Assembly: GCA_028292225.1 (NCBI GenBank)
Contig: JAQGMV010000106.1
Coordinates: 16,494 to 80,493, forward strand
Length of the DNA stretch: 64,000 nt
Source of the DNA: Betaproteobacteria bacterium
GTDB lineage: Bacteria; Pseudomonadota; Gammaproteobacteria; Burkholderiales; SG8-41
Direction of reading: 5' to 3'
The notes beneath the pieces were generated by a model. That model did not search any database and was not told the origin of the DNA. It saw only the letters and a program-made list of their open reading frames with translations. Of the stretch, positions 1 to 9,880 are shown piece after piece; the first letter of the stretch is position 1, and every line of letters starts with the position of its first letter. Position numbers and translations under genes: made by a program.

Positions 1-381
1 ACCGCCGGGGAGTGCGCGGCCACGATACAGAGGCAGCTGAAGCCTGCCAAATCCGCGATCGGCGAACCGCGTGCGCAGACTCACCGCGGACTTCACAGGA
101 ACCAGCTCGCGCAGTTTCTCGCACGCGACGCTCAGCGCAGCTGCTGCGTCGGTGAGCGCGCGTACCTCCGCATCATCGCCGCAGCGGTCGCACTCGAGTC
201 TTTTGCGAACGACCGTGAGACGCCGGCTCAGGTCTTCGATGCCGTGCACAGGAAGCTGTCTCGCTTCGAGGGGGATGCTCCGGGCATACCGCTTATGCCC
301 GAGCGATTCGAGCCACGCGGAGAGCAGGAAATAAACGACGTAATCGGTCCGGGCCAGCAGAATCGCCTGAATGATGAACAA
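1..381 (-). CDS. hypothetical protein, partial (3' end runs off the left window edge)
   Basis: The minus-strand frame is open from TTG at 381 (AGGGG about 8 nt upstream) to position 1, with GC-rich third codon positions like the other genes here. Translation begins LFIIQAILLARTDYVVYFLLSAWLESLGHKRYARS. It is absent from the ORF track because it has no stop inside the window. No family recognised. Confidence 0.35.
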   Translation of the reverse strand, partial: MFIIQAILLARTDYVVYFLLSAWLESLGHKRYARSIPLEARQLPVHGIEDLSRRLTVVRKRLECDRCGDDAEVRALTDAAAALSVACEKLRELVPVKSAVSLRTRFADRGFGRLQLPLYRGRALPGG

Positions 382-670
382 GATCGCACCCCTTTCACGA
401 AAGTGTCACGACGAGGCACGACCGGAACGCTTGCGCGACCATGTCCAACGGCGATGACCGGAATCGAATTAGGTTGCGTGCGGCCGGTTTGGTGCGGCTG
501 CGCAACAAGAACGTTTCTCACTCGAAAGACAATCGAATTCAGTTGAAGCACGTCGACAACCCAATCGCAAACGCTGAACGCGCTGCTCGGTCGCGCCCGC
601 TCAAGGCGTGATTACGTACGCGTCGCGGTTGCTTTACCCAGGGCGCACAGGAGGAGAGCGGCGCAGCGCT

Positions 671-1585
671 TCAGCTCAGGTCGATCAGCGACGGGATCAG
701 GCGCGCCGACAGCGCAAACGAGACGGCCTGCGTGCGATTCCTGACCTCGAGCTTCTTCAGAATGTTCTGCACGTGGTTTTTCACGGTGAACGGGCTGATC
801 TTCAGGATCTCGCCGATCTCGCGATTGCTTTTTCCTTCCTGCAGCCACTGCAGTATCTGCACTTCCCGTCCGGTCACCGCTTTGCGCAGGGCGCGCTCGA
901 CCGGCGCGGCGGCCGCCCGCGCGACCTTCTGCACGGGCGGCTCGCGGCTGGTGCTGAGCGTGCGCACGAATGCGACGTGCAGATAGGGAAGGATGATGTC
1001 GAGCAGGTAGGCGTGGCGTCGGCCGAGCGGCGCCGGCATGCGCGCGAAGAAAAAGAAACTGCCGGACGAACCATGGTATCTCGGCATCCCGTGTACGGCG
1101 CAGTTCGTGAGGTCGTACCGCGCCAGCGTCTCGCCGAAGCGGTCGACGAGCCGGGAGTGCCCGTTCTTCGGGCAGATCAGCAGCGGCGCGTGGCCGCATT
1201 CCTCCCAGGCCGCGTAGGCGCCGGCGAGCAGACCGCCGTCGACGCCGCAGATGTCACGGTACGCCTGCTCCGGAAAAGGACGCGCGGTATAGCGGTCGGT
1301 GATGAACGTTTTCGTTGCGGTATCGCCGAGCGCGCAGAAGAGGACCTCGTGCGGGATCAGCGCCTGGAGCACACCCTGGCTCCAGAGGAAGAATTGCTCG
1401 CGCTTGCGGATGGGGAGCGAAAACTCTATCGCGCGCATGAGATATTCCTCGTCGCGACTCGTGAGGATTGCGCTCTCGTCTTCCATTCTTTCCGATGCTT
1501 TTATTGTCACGCCCTGGCGGTGCTGCGCCGCCGCCCCCGTTTCAAGTTCGTCCGGCGCGCCGTGCGCCCGGGCTTCTGAGCTCAT
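671..1585 (-). CDS. LuxR-family transcriptional regulator, EpsA-like (C-terminal LuxR HTH, non-receiver N-terminal domain)
   Basis: Part of track ORF 671..1798. The C-terminus [45 protein letters not shown] is a LuxR/FixJ-type HTH, and no REC domain lies upstream. I placed the start at ATG 1585 (MSSEARAHG) because it overlaps the upstream gene's stop (TGATG at 1583-1587). ATG 1600 and the 1798 start are alternatives. The EpsA-like label is from memory of that family. Confidence 0.8.
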   Translation of the reverse strand: MSSEARAHGAPDELETGAAAQHRQGVTIKASERMEDESAILTSRDEEYLMRAIEFSLPIRKREQFFLWSQGVLQALIPHEVLFCALGDTATKTFITDRYTARPFPEQAYRDICGVDGGLLAGAYAAWEECGHAPLLICPKNGHSRLVDRFGETLARYDLTNCAVHGMPRYHGSSGSFFFFARMPAPLGRRHAYLLDIILPYLHVAFVRTLSTSREPPVQKVARAAAAPVERALRKAVTGREVQILQWLQEGKSNREIGEILKISPFTVKNHVQNILKKLEVRNRTQAVSFALSARLIPSLIDLS

Positions 1586-2214
1586 CACCGGCCGGTCCAT
1601 GACGGTCCGGGCGTCTGACCGACCGGCGCCGCCGCGGCATCCGCGCCGCCCGGTACCGCCAGCTCCGCCACGAACTTCCAGTCCGAATACTTCGCCGTCG
1701 TCGTCGAGCCCGTTGCGCCCGCGCTCGCGCGCAGCGGGGGCGCGCCGGAGAGGCTGTATACCCCTGCGATACGCTCGTCCTGCTTCACGAGTCCCCATGT
1801 CGCCTGCTCAGTCACCGGGTCGCGATAGACCCTGCGCAGGTGCCGCACCACCGTCGGATGCCGCGTGTCACGCAGGAGGTCGGACAAGGCGAGCGGCAGC
1901 TGCTTGACCGGTCCGGGCGTGCTCTCGTAATAGCGCTCGATCGCGCGCTTGAATTCGCCGCCGACGAACTGGAGCTGCGTTTCCTTGTCGCGCTGCACCG
2001 TCGTGCGCCACAACTGTGAGGCCGCAGCGGTGCCCGCAGCCATGATGGCGACCGTGAGCAGCAGCCCGATATACGTAAAACCTCCCGCTCCAGCGCGCCG
2101 ATCGGGCTCTTCACGGGGTATACGGGGCACAATACCCATGAGACGGCACCACGCCGCTCGATCAGCGGAGCGTCGGGACCATTCGGCAGTCGGTGTGTAC
2201 TTGCGTTGCGCCAT
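1585..2214 (-). CDS. prepilin-type N-terminal cleavage/methylation domain protein (type II secretion pseudopilin-like)
   Basis: [29 protein letters not shown] is a prepilin-like cleavage site followed by a hydrophobic helix. The +5 residue is Gly rather than the usual Glu. The rest ([39 protein letters not shown]) resembles small GspG-like proteins of Burkholderiales. The leader would be shorter if translation starts at ATG 2139 (MGIVPRIP). Confidence 0.65.
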   Translation of the reverse strand: MAQRKYTPTAEWSRRSADRAAWCRLMGIVPRIPREEPDRRAGAGGFTYIGLLLTVAIMAAGTAAASQLWRTTVQRDKETQLQFVGGEFKRAIERYYESTPGPVKQLPLALSDLLRDTRHPTVVRHLRRVYRDPVTEQATWGLVKQDERIAGVYSLSGAPPLRASAGATGSTTTAKYSDWKFVAELAVPGGADAAAAPVGQTPGPSWTGR

Positions 2215-2524
2215 GCGCTTTCTTCCGGGCGGTCTCGATCGGCGTTCCCAGGCTTCTTATTGGCGGCGAGGACTGGTACGCCGGGGGAATGCAGTGGCGC
2301 GAGCGAGTGCAGCCCAGTTTAGGAAGGCAATGTGACATGCGGATGAAGAGTCGATCATCGTCCGGGCAGGGACAGCGAAGACGTCGCATAGTCCGGGCGG
2401 ACCACGTCCGCAGATGACTCACGCCTGCACGGGCGACCGCAGAAGACCTGTTACGCGAGGTACGTACGCGCGGGCCTCGGGATTCGCACCCGGCATCGCC
2501 AGCGGCTGATAGAGTAGTGCGGCA

Positions 2525-5020
2525 ATGACCTCGTCATCCTTCGCGCGTTTCGGGAGCGGCGCTGCCGCGCACGACGCGGCGCACCGTCCCGATGTCCTGG
2601 TCCGGCCGCGCTGCGCCGTAGCCGCGCTCGCGATGCTGCTCGGCGTCGGCGTGATGGCGTTGCTGCTCTTTGTTCCGGAGCGGCTCGCAGCCCCTTCGGC
2701 GCGTCTCGGCGTGATGGCCTTCAATACCGCTTTGTCGATCAGCCTGCTCGCAGCCGCAGCGATGTGCCTGAACTCGGGAAAGACGGTGCTGCGGCGGCTG
2801 GGCGTCGCAGCAGGTGCGATCGTGGCGCTGGTTGCGGCGGCGACGCTGCTCGAGCACGCGCAATACGCGCCGTGCCTGATCGACAACCCCGCGCTTCACC
2901 GCCTCCTCGATCCACGCTCGCCTGCTCCGGGCCGCATGGGCGCGGGCGTCAGCGTCGTGCTCCTGTTGCTCGGTGTCGCCAGCATCCTCTGGCCCTATGC
3001 CGGCCGCAGACGCGTGGGCGTCACGGTGCAGGTGCTCGTGCTCGGCGCAATGCTGACGGCGCTGCTCGGGCTGATGGTCCGGGCGCTCGACGTGCAGTTT
3101 CTGTACAGCCCCGCATTCTCTCAAATGCCGGTCCACACCGGGCTTGCCCTCCTGGCGATCGGATCGTCCTTCTGGCTCGCATGGCATCACGCACCGTGGA
3201 ACACCCTGTTTCCTTTCGCCTCCGACGAGCAGCGCCTGCTGTCGGCGGGAGTGCTGCTTCTTCTGGGCGCGGCGATCACGGCGGTCGCCATCGCCATTTA
3301 TGTGTACGACGGTGCACTGGAGCGCACGATCCTCCAACAGCAGCAGGAGGTTCTGGCAGGCCGCACTGCGCTCGTGCAGGCGACACTCGATTACGGCACG
3401 GCGAGTGTGAAGGCCGTCGCGGTGACCTGGGCTGCGGACATCGCGCCTCTGCTGCGGGCTTCGGATAGAGCCGCAACGACCCGGCTCAACTCGATTGCGG
3501 CATCCGGAGTCGCAGCCGGAATGAGCGCAGTCGCTTTTTTCAACGCGCGGGATGAGCAGGTCGCCGGGACGGGTGAGCTGGTCGAATCCCCCGGCTGGAT
3601 CGTGATTCGCGAAAAACCCGAGCGGACCATGCTGCTGTGGGATGCCGGCGTATACCTGCGTTCCCAGATTCCCATCCGCAGCGGCCTCGATACGGTCGGA
3701 TCGATGGTCGCGGAGCAATACCTGCCGGCTCTCACCGAGGCCCTGTTCACGCAGCAGGCGGGAGACGCCCCCGGTGTGCTCGAGGTTTGCGGGGTGCATA
3801 TGCGCATTGCGCTGTGCCTGCCGACGCGCCTGGGGGGGTTCATGCGGGTCTATCCGTCGGAGACCGCGGAGAGCGTCTATCCGATATATCGAGCGCTCGA
3901 GGGTCGCCGCGGCCAGGCGTACGCCGCGGATCCTGCAGGCGCACGGGTGTTGACGACCTACGCTCCGCTCGGCGAGTACCGCCTCGGCATCGCGGTCAGG
4001 GCGCCGGAAGCGGAGCTGAAGGCGCCCGTGCGGCGGGTGCTGGAGAACTTCATACCGGCGATGTTCGCGCTCGTGCTCATCCTCGTGGCCGTGCTGCGAT
4101 ATCTGGTGCATCCGCTTGCAGTGCGGCTCGCTGCTCGCGAGCAGCAGCTCGCCATGGCGCTCGCGGCTTCGAGGCTCGCGTCATGGGATGTCGATCTCGC
4201 GACGACCAGGGTGCACCTGAGCGAGCAGTGGAATGCGATGCTCGGCGGCGAACCGGTCGCGACGACGACGACACTCGACGAGCTCGACGCGCTAATCCAT
4301 CCGGACGATTGGCCCCGCGTGCACGAGCAGATCGAGCGGGTCCTCAAAGGCGCGACCGACGCTTACGAGATCGAACACCGCATCCGGGACCACGGCGGCG
4401 GCTGGGTGTGGATACAGTCGAAAGGCGAGGTCATCTCGAGAAGCCGGGAGGGCCGTGTGCTGCGCCTGGCCGGCACCAATGCGAACGTCTCGGAGCGCAA
4501 GGCGGCGGAAGAGCAGCTCTTCTTCCAGGCGAGCCACGACGCGCTGACCCGGCTTCCGAACCGGCGGTTGTTCTCCGATCGTCTCAGGCAGGCGATGGCC
4601 CGCTCGCAGCGCAACCTGTCGGGCATGGCGGTGCTCTATCTCGACCTGGACAAATTCAAGGAGATCAACGACGGGTTCGGACACGCGGCCGGCGACCAGC
4701 TCCTTCAGGAGTTCGGGCAGCGCCTCGTGCGCTGCGTGCGCGCAACCGACACGGTCGCACGGCTGGGCGGAGACGAATTCGCGATCGTCCTCGACCCCCT
4801 CCAGAATCCGGCCGACAGCGGCGCCACCGCGGAGAAAATCCTGTCGGCCATGGCACAGGCATTCGTCCTGACCGACGCCTCCGTCAGCGTGACGACGAGC
4901 ATAGGTATCGCAACCTACTCGGGCGACGAGGAAACCGACGAAGCCGGCCTGCTCAAGCGGGCCGACGATGCGCTGTACGAAGCGAAGCGGGCCGGACGCA
5001 AAACCTATCGCTATGCCTGA
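2525..5020 (+). CDS. membrane-bound sensor diguanylate cyclase (multi-TM N-terminus, PAS, GGDEF)
   Basis: The N-terminal 250 aa are highly hydrophobic, and a second TM segment occurs near FIPAMFALVLILVAVL. A PAS-like region follows (LASWDVDL...IHPDDWPRVHEQ...WVWIQSKGEV). The GGDEF domain includes LTRLPNRRLF, YLDLDKFKEINDGFGHAAGD and an I-site RATD five residues before RLGGDEFAIVL. Confidence 0.9.
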   Translation: MTSSSFARFGSGAAAHDAAHRPDVLVRPRCAVAALAMLLGVGVMALLLFVPERLAAPSARLGVMAFNTALSISLLAAAAMCLNSGKTVLRRLGVAAGAIVALVAAATLLEHAQYAPCLIDNPALHRLLDPRSPAPGRMGAGVSVVLLLLGVASILWPYAGRRRVGVTVQVLVLGAMLTALLGLMVRALDVQFLYSPAFSQMPVHTGLALLAIGSSFWLAWHHAPWNTLFPFASDEQRLLSAGVLLLLGAAITAVAIAIYVYDGALERTILQQQQEVLAGRTALVQATLDYGTASVKAVAVTWAADIAPLLRASDRAATTRLNSIAASGVAAGMSAVAFFNARDEQVAGTGELVESPGWIVIREKPERTMLLWDAGVYLRSQIPIRSGLDTVGSMVAEQYLPALTEALFTQQAGDAPGVLEVCGVHMRIALCLPTRLGGFMRVYPSETAESVYPIYRALEGRRGQAYAADPAGARVLTTYAPLGEYRLGIAVRAPEAELKAPVRRVLENFIPAMFALVLILVAVLRYLVHPLAVRLAAREQQLAMALAASRLASWDVDLATTRVHLSEQWNAMLGGEPVATTTTLDELDALIHPDDWPRVHEQIERVLKGATDAYEIEHRIRDHGGGWVWIQSKGEVISRSREGRVLRLAGTNANVSERKAAEEQLFFQASHDALTRLPNRRLFSDRLRQAMARSQRNLSGMAVLYLDLDKFKEINDGFGHAAGDQLLQEFGQRLVRCVRATDTVARLGGDEFAIVLDPLQNPADSGATAEKILSAMAQAFVLTDASVSVTTSIGIATYSGDEETDEAGLLKRADDALYEAKRAGRKTYRYA

Positions 5021-5082
5021 GACGGCATCGGCCGTCAGCCGCGCAGTGCACGCTTTAGCCGGGCCTGCCGGGGCGCAGCCCG

Positions 5083-6015
5083 CTATTCCTTCTCCGCCTC
5101 CAGCATCTGCCGGTACTTCGCGAGCGCCTCGCGCCGCTCGGGATCGACCTTCGGGTAGCTCATCGGGATCGCCTCGAGCGTCTCGATGAGGACCCTCGAG
5201 ATGATGAGCCGCGCGTTCTTCTTGTCGTCGGCGGGTACGACGTACCACGGGGAGCGCTTCAGGCTCGTCTCCGACAGACACGCTTCATACGCTTTCATGT
5301 AGTCGTCCCAGTGGCCGCGCTCTTTCAGGTCGCCCTCGTTGAACTTCCAGTTCTTGTCCGGCTCGTCGAGCCGAGACAGGAAGCGCCTGCGCTGCTCCTC
5401 CTTCGACAGGTGCAGGAAGAACTTGACGATGCGCGTGCCGTTGTCGTGCAGGTGCCGTTCGAAATCCCGTATCGAACGGTAGCGCTTTTCCCAGACACGG
5501 CGGCCATGGTCGAGCGCTTCGTCGGGAAGGTTCTCCGCCCTCAGGAGCTCGGGGTGCACACGCACGATCAGCACATCTTCGTAATACGAGCGGTTGAAGA
5601 TGCCGATGTGACCGCGCTCGGGCAGCAGCCGCGCCGCTTTCCAGAGGAAATCGTGCTGTAGCGCTTCCGGACCCGGGTGCTTGAAGCTGTAGACGAGGCA
5701 ACCCTGGGGATTGACTCCGGACATCACGTGCTTGATCGCGCCATCCTTGCCCGCGGCGTCCATCGCCTGGAAGATGATCAGCAAGGCGTGACGGTCGTCG
5801 GCGTACAGCACCGGCTGGAGCTTGCGCAGCGCGTCGACGTGATCCGCCAGCAGCGCCTCGTATTCCTTGTTCGATTTGTAATACTTTTTCACGTCGGTGG
5901 GGCGCTTGCTCAGCCTCACCTTCGCGCCTTCTTCCACACGATAGTCGTCGACGTGTATCTTCACCGGGCCTCCCGCTGCTCTACCTTGGTGAGCGTAACC
6001 GATTGTTCGGCGCAT
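5083..6015 (-). CDS. ppk2: polyphosphate kinase 2 family protein (single-domain PPK2)
   Basis: [20 protein letters not shown] (P-loop), [43 protein letters not shown] and a length near 300 aa match PPK2-family polyphosphate:nucleotide phosphotransferases. Confidence 0.85.
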   Translation of the reverse strand: MRRTIGYAHQGRAAGGPVKIHVDDYRVEEGAKVRLSKRPTDVKKYYKSNKEYEALLADHVDALRKLQPVLYADDRHALLIIFQAMDAAGKDGAIKHVMSGVNPQGCLVYSFKHPGPEALQHDFLWKAARLLPERGHIGIFNRSYYEDVLIVRVHPELLRAENLPDEALDHGRRVWEKRYRSIRDFERHLHDNGTRIVKFFLHLSKEEQRRRFLSRLDEPDKNWKFNEGDLKERGHWDDYMKAYEACLSETSLKRSPWYVVPADDKKNARLIISRVLIETLEAIPMSYPKVDPERREALAKYRQMLEAEKE

Positions 6016-6052
6016 ATCACCACCCGGATAAAGCCGGTTGCAGGCCGCGTAA

Positions 6053-6715
6053 TTAACCGGTCAGAGCGAGGTGATACTGGAGCGAATCAACTTCCGTTCT
6101 GCGGATATTCGACATCCGCACGCCGCGAGGCGGGAGGAAGTCGGCTGCTATGGAAGCGATACGGTCGAATAACGAGGGTTGCATTTGTAGTGCTCGGAAC
6201 GCTCGGTGAATTCTGAGTTCGAGCGTGCAAACCTTGACTGCGAGATAGGTGGCCGCATCCTCTCTGCTGAGCTCAAATCCCCGAAGCAGGATCGCGTAAG
6301 CGGAAAATTGGGAGTACGTATCGGAGCAGATCTTCGCGAGCGACGCACTGCGCTGAACGCATTCCTCCTCGTGAAGCAGAAATTCAAGCGGATCGGAGTC
6401 GTCGCTGGCGGCGATGAAGTCCAGGAGTGACGGCCCCTGCTCTCCATCGCGTCCCGGCGGAAGCTGGTCCAGATAGACGCTCGCGATGTTCCCACGACGT
6501 GAGGCGTCGGAGGCACGCGCCAATCTGCGGAGTATCTCTATTCGGTCGGGTTCATCGCCACAATTGACCGGAACACCGCGCTCCCCCTCCATGTCCAGCA
6601 CAACCAGCCATACCGACTGCTTAATGTCTTCGAGCATCTGCCGCCGCGCGAGTTTTCGCAGTTGGGCGTCGTTAGCCTTGAGGAATTTGACGATCGAGTC
6701 GTGGTGCCGAGACAT
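6053..6715 (-). CDS. hypothetical protein with weak sigma-70/ECF-like region 2 and region 4 resemblance
   Basis: 220-aa ORF in a visibly lower-GC stretch. [19 protein letters not shown] resembles ECF region 2 (DLVQExWLRxx). [29 protein letters not shown] resembles the region 4.2 HTH (LSxEEIAxxLGxSxGTVKSRLHRARxxL). This is pattern recognition only. Confidence 0.45.
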   Translation of the reverse strand: MSRHHDSIVKFLKANDAQLRKLARRQMLEDIKQSVWLVVLDMEGERGVPVNCGDEPDRIEILRRLARASDASRRGNIASVYLDQLPPGRDGEQGPSLLDFIAASDDSDPLEFLLHEEECVQRSASLAKICSDTYSQFSAYAILLRGFELSREDAATYLAVKVCTLELRIHRAFRALQMQPSLFDRIASIAADFLPPRGVRMSNIRRTEVDSLQYHLALTG

Positions 6716-6897
6716 CTACGCCGCCGACGTGAGTCGCGTGACCGGTCCGGGCCTGATGCACTTGCGCCGGGAATCGCGCGTCGAGCGAGGTATCGCACAT
6801 GTTCAGGTATTGTACAAGTGCTGTCGCGTTTTCCGAAGATCGACCCTGCGTCATTCGGTAGGGCTTCAGCCATTCGTTACGCCATCAGCCAAGCACG

Positions 6898-7338
6898 CTA
6901 TCGATCGAATCCCAACGTTTGTCCGTTGCCGCCACGAATCGGCAGCACCCGCAGGAAAGCTCCGAGAGCGACCCATGCGAACGCGGTCGCGTGCAGCGTA
7001 TGACCTGACGGAAAGCTGTACTGATCGAGCGGCGCCGCGCACAGGGTGATGCGGGGCTCGCCCGCGTACGGCCGCGCGCGCGAGGTTCCTCGCTTGATCG
7101 CCTTGTATAGCGCCGTGCAGACGAGTCCGACCACGATCATGTGCAGCACCGCCGGAATCGCCGTGGCGCCGCCGAATACGAGCAGGGACGCCATCAGCGC
7201 GTACCAGAAGATGCCGTTGCCGAGCCGGCTGGCGACGACCAGCGTCAGCCGCACGCCCGTGAAATGGGTCGCGCCATTGAAACGCCGGCACAGCGCGCGG
7301 TCCCAAGCCGCGAGCCTATCGAGCGCCTGCTCACGCAA
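6898..7338 (-). CDS. PAP2-family phosphatase, apparently 3'-truncated (possible pseudogene)
   Basis: It carries PAP2 motif 1 (KAIKRGTSRARP) and motif 2 (SFPSGHT). The ORF ends 30 aa later (LRVLPIRGGNGQTLGFDR-stop) without motif 3 (SRxxxxxHxxxD). I found no downstream frame that restores it. Confidence 0.6.
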   Translation of the reverse strand: MREQALDRLAAWDRALCRRFNGATHFTGVRLTLVVASRLGNGIFWYALMASLLVFGGATAIPAVLHMIVVGLVCTALYKAIKRGTSRARPYAGEPRITLCAAPLDQYSFPSGHTLHATAFAWVALGAFLRVLPIRGGNGQTLGFDR

Positions 7339-7379
7339 GTTCTTCTCCTGGAGTGACGTTTGCGTGACAGCGCGCGTGC

Positions 7380-8750
7380 TCAGGCCGGTTTCAGATCTTC
7401 GAGCGTCGTCGGAATGAGCTCGCTCACGGTCGGGTGTATGCGAACCGTGCGCCGCACCTCATCGTACGGCAGCTGCGCGTAGACCGCGTCGATGAGGGTA
7501 TGTACGACTTCGTCGCCGCCCGGACCGAGGATGGCGGCGCCGAGGATGTGCCGGGTGTCGCCGTCCACGACGATTTTCATGAAGCCCTGCGCCTCGCCCT
7601 TGATCACGGCGCGCTTCACGTCTTTCATGTCGCGCTTGCCCACGAGCACGCGCCTGCCGCGCTTCGCCTCGGCGACGGTCATCCCGATGCGCCCCAGCGG
7701 CGGATCGATGAAAAGCGCGTAAGCGGTGACACGGTCGCTCACGCGACGGTTCTCGCCGTCGAGGAGATTCGCAGCGACGATCTCGTAGTCGTTGTATGCC
7801 GTATGCGTAAAGGCACCCCGCCCGTTGCAGTCGCCGAGCGCATATACGCCGGGCACACTGGTCGAGAGATCGTCGCCGACCTCGATATAGCCGCGCGGGT
7901 CGGTGCGGATGCCGGCCGCGGCCAGGCCGAGATTGTCGGTGTTCGGTACCCGCCCCACCGCCAGCAGCAGGTGCGTGCCTTCGAGCTGCGGCGGTCCTAC
8001 CGCGCACGCGACACCGATCGCCACACCGCGCGGGCTGCGCTCGAGCGTGAGGCACGTGGACTCCAGGTGCAGCTCGATGCCTTCATCGCGCAGGATGTCC
8101 GCCACCGCAGCTGAGACGTCATCGTCTTCGCGCCCGATCAGGCGCGGCGCTTTCTCGACGATGGTGACTTCGCTCCCGAAGCGTTTGTACATCTGCCCGA
8201 ACTCGAGCCCGATGTAGCTCCCGCCGACGATGAGGAGCCGCTTTGGCACCGAATCGAGGTCGAGTATCGAATCGCTGGTGAGAAACGGGACTTCGCCCAC
8301 GCCGGGCATGTCGGGAATAAGCGGGCGTCCGCCGACGTTGACGAATACACGATCCGCTTCCAGGGTCTGCGCGCCGACGCGAACCGCGCGCGGGCCGATG
8401 AAGCTCGCGTGTCCGACATAAACGGTGCAGCGCTCGAGGCCCCGCAGCCAGGACTCGAGATCCTGACGCAGCTTGCCGGTTATCGCGTCCTTGCGGCCCT
8501 TCACGGCACGCATATCGACGCTGACTGCGCCCGCGTCGATGCCGAAGTTAGCAGCGGTGCGCGCCTTGTGCGCGACGTACGCGCTCGCGACCAGTGCCTT
8601 TGTCGGAATGCAGCCGGTGTTCACACAGGTGCCGCCGAACTTCGCGCGCTCGACGATCGCCACCCGCATCCCGGCGGCGGATAAGCGGCCGGCGAGCGCG
8701 GGGCCAGCCTGACCCGTGCCGATGATGATTGCATCGAAATGCGCGCTCAT
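7380..8750 (-). CDS. FAD-dependent pyridine nucleotide-disulfide oxidoreductase, class I (MerA/Lpd-like, no metal-binding N-domain)
   Basis: FDAIIIGTGQAGPALAGRL is the dinucleotide fold and GGTCVNTGCIPTK is the redox-active disulfide. A second Rossmann motif (LLIVGGSYIGLEFG) and a C-terminal HPTVSE interface motif are also present. Confidence 0.85.
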   Translation of the reverse strand: MSAHFDAIIIGTGQAGPALAGRLSAAGMRVAIVERAKFGGTCVNTGCIPTKALVASAYVAHKARTAANFGIDAGAVSVDMRAVKGRKDAITGKLRQDLESWLRGLERCTVYVGHASFIGPRAVRVGAQTLEADRVFVNVGGRPLIPDMPGVGEVPFLTSDSILDLDSVPKRLLIVGGSYIGLEFGQMYKRFGSEVTIVEKAPRLIGREDDDVSAAVADILRDEGIELHLESTCLTLERSPRGVAIGVACAVGPPQLEGTHLLLAVGRVPNTDNLGLAAAGIRTDPRGYIEVGDDLSTSVPGVYALGDCNGRGAFTHTAYNDYEIVAANLLDGENRRVSDRVTAYALFIDPPLGRIGMTVAEAKRGRRVLVGKRDMKDVKRAVIKGEAQGFMKIVVDGDTRHILGAAILGPGGDEVVHTLIDAVYAQLPYDEVRRTVRIHPTVSELIPTTLEDLKPA

Positions 8751-8890
8751 GAGACCGTCCGATTTGGCCGTTGAACCGCGTAGGCGCAGCTTCGCGCGTG
8801 CGGGGCGGTGACGCGCCGCAGGCGAATGACGATATCATCGACATCGGTCCGGGAGCGCCGCAAAGTGAGCCGTTCGTACCGAAACCGTGA

Positions 8891-9880
8891 TTGTTTGGCG
8901 TCCATTGTGCCCCCGGACGTGGCAACTTGTTCTGCTCGTCTGCAGCAGGCGTACCCGACTTGAGCATTGCACACCCGACAGGAGACTGCGCCACGCTCAC
9001 GCTCGTGCTCCTCGTGCTCGCTGTCGTATCGGCGGGCGGCGTGCTGCTCGTGCGCTGTCGCCGCATGCGCCACGCGACGGCGGCGCGCGCCGGTGCGGAA
9101 CGCGCGTCGGGCGATGCGAGCGCGGCCCGGATCCTCGCGCTCGAGGCCCAGCTCGCGCAGCGCACGGCCGAGATCGAAGCGCTGAACAAGGAGCTCGAGT
9201 CTTTCTCGTATTCGGTTTCTCACGACCTCAAGGCGCCCTTGCGCCATATCAGCGGGTACGTGCAGCTCCTCGCGGATGCAACCGAAGGCCGCCTCGCAGA
9301 GGAGCCGCGCCGGTATCTGGATGTCATCGCGCAGGCCGGCGTCCACATGGGCGGCCTCATCGACGATCTGCTCTCGTTCTCGCGTCTGACCCGCGGCGAC
9401 ATGCGCGCCGCGCGAGTCGCTCCGCGCGACTTGGTCGACCCGGTCATCGCGCGAATGCAGGCGACTCGGGGCCGGAACATCGAGTGGCGGATATCGGAGA
9501 TGCCGCTCGTGCACGCCGATCCTTCCATGCTCGGGATCGTCTACGAGAAGCTGATCGGCAACGCGGTCAAGTACAGCGCCCCCCGGGACCCCGCGGTGAT
9601 CGAGATCGGCGCGGCCGGCGAGGAGTCGGGGCGCCCGGTGCTTTACGTGCGTGACAACGGGGTGGGCTTCGACATGGCTTACGCCGACCGGCTCTTCGGC
9701 ATTTTCCAGCGCCTGCACCCGCGGGAAGATTTCGAAGGCACAGGCACCGGTCTTGCCACGGTTCAGCGCATCATCGCCCGCCACGGCGGGCGCGTATGGG
9801 CGCGCACGGCGCCCGGAGAGGGTGCGACGTTCTACTTCACCCTCGGCAATCCCACTGATGCGCCGACGAACAGCGTATGA
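8891..9880 (+). CDS. sensor histidine kinase (single TM, coiled coil, HisKA, HATPase_c)
   Basis: H-box SFSYSVSHDLKAPLRHISGYVQLL, N-box YEKLIGNAVKY, G-boxes VRDNGVGFD and GTGTGLATVQRII, and a single TM (LTLVLLVLAVVSAGGVLLV). The track start at 8891 is TTG, so the true start is uncertain. Confidence 0.8.
   Translation: MFGVHCAPGRGNLFCSSAAGVPDLSIAHPTGDCATLTLVLLVLAVVSAGGVLLVRCRRMRHATAARAGAERASGDASAARILALEAQLAQRTAEIEALNKELESFSYSVSHDLKAPLRHISGYVQLLADATEGRLAEEPRRYLDVIAQAGVHMGGLIDDLLSFSRLTRGDMRAARVAPRDLVDPVIARMQATRGRNIEWRISEMPLVHADPSMLGIVYEKLIGNAVKYSAPRDPAVIEIGAAGEESGRPVLYVRDNGVGFDMAYADRLFGIFQRLHPREDFEGTGTGLATVQRIIARHGGRVWARTAPGEGATFYFTLGNPTDAPTNSV

Noticed and set aside
71-551. Track ORFs 71..334 (+), 244..546 (+) and 228..551 (-) at the left edge.
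   Set aside because: Their translations are low-complexity. The minus-strand frame running off the window (1..381) has the better codon-position GC pattern, so it was preferred, though with low confidence.
6016-6897. Mobile genetic element (IS, integron or prophage remnant) as an explanation for the lower-GC islet.
   Set aside because: I could find no transposase, integrase, terminal inverted repeats, flanking direct repeats or adjacent tRNA. It is reported only as a compositional islet, not as a mobile element.
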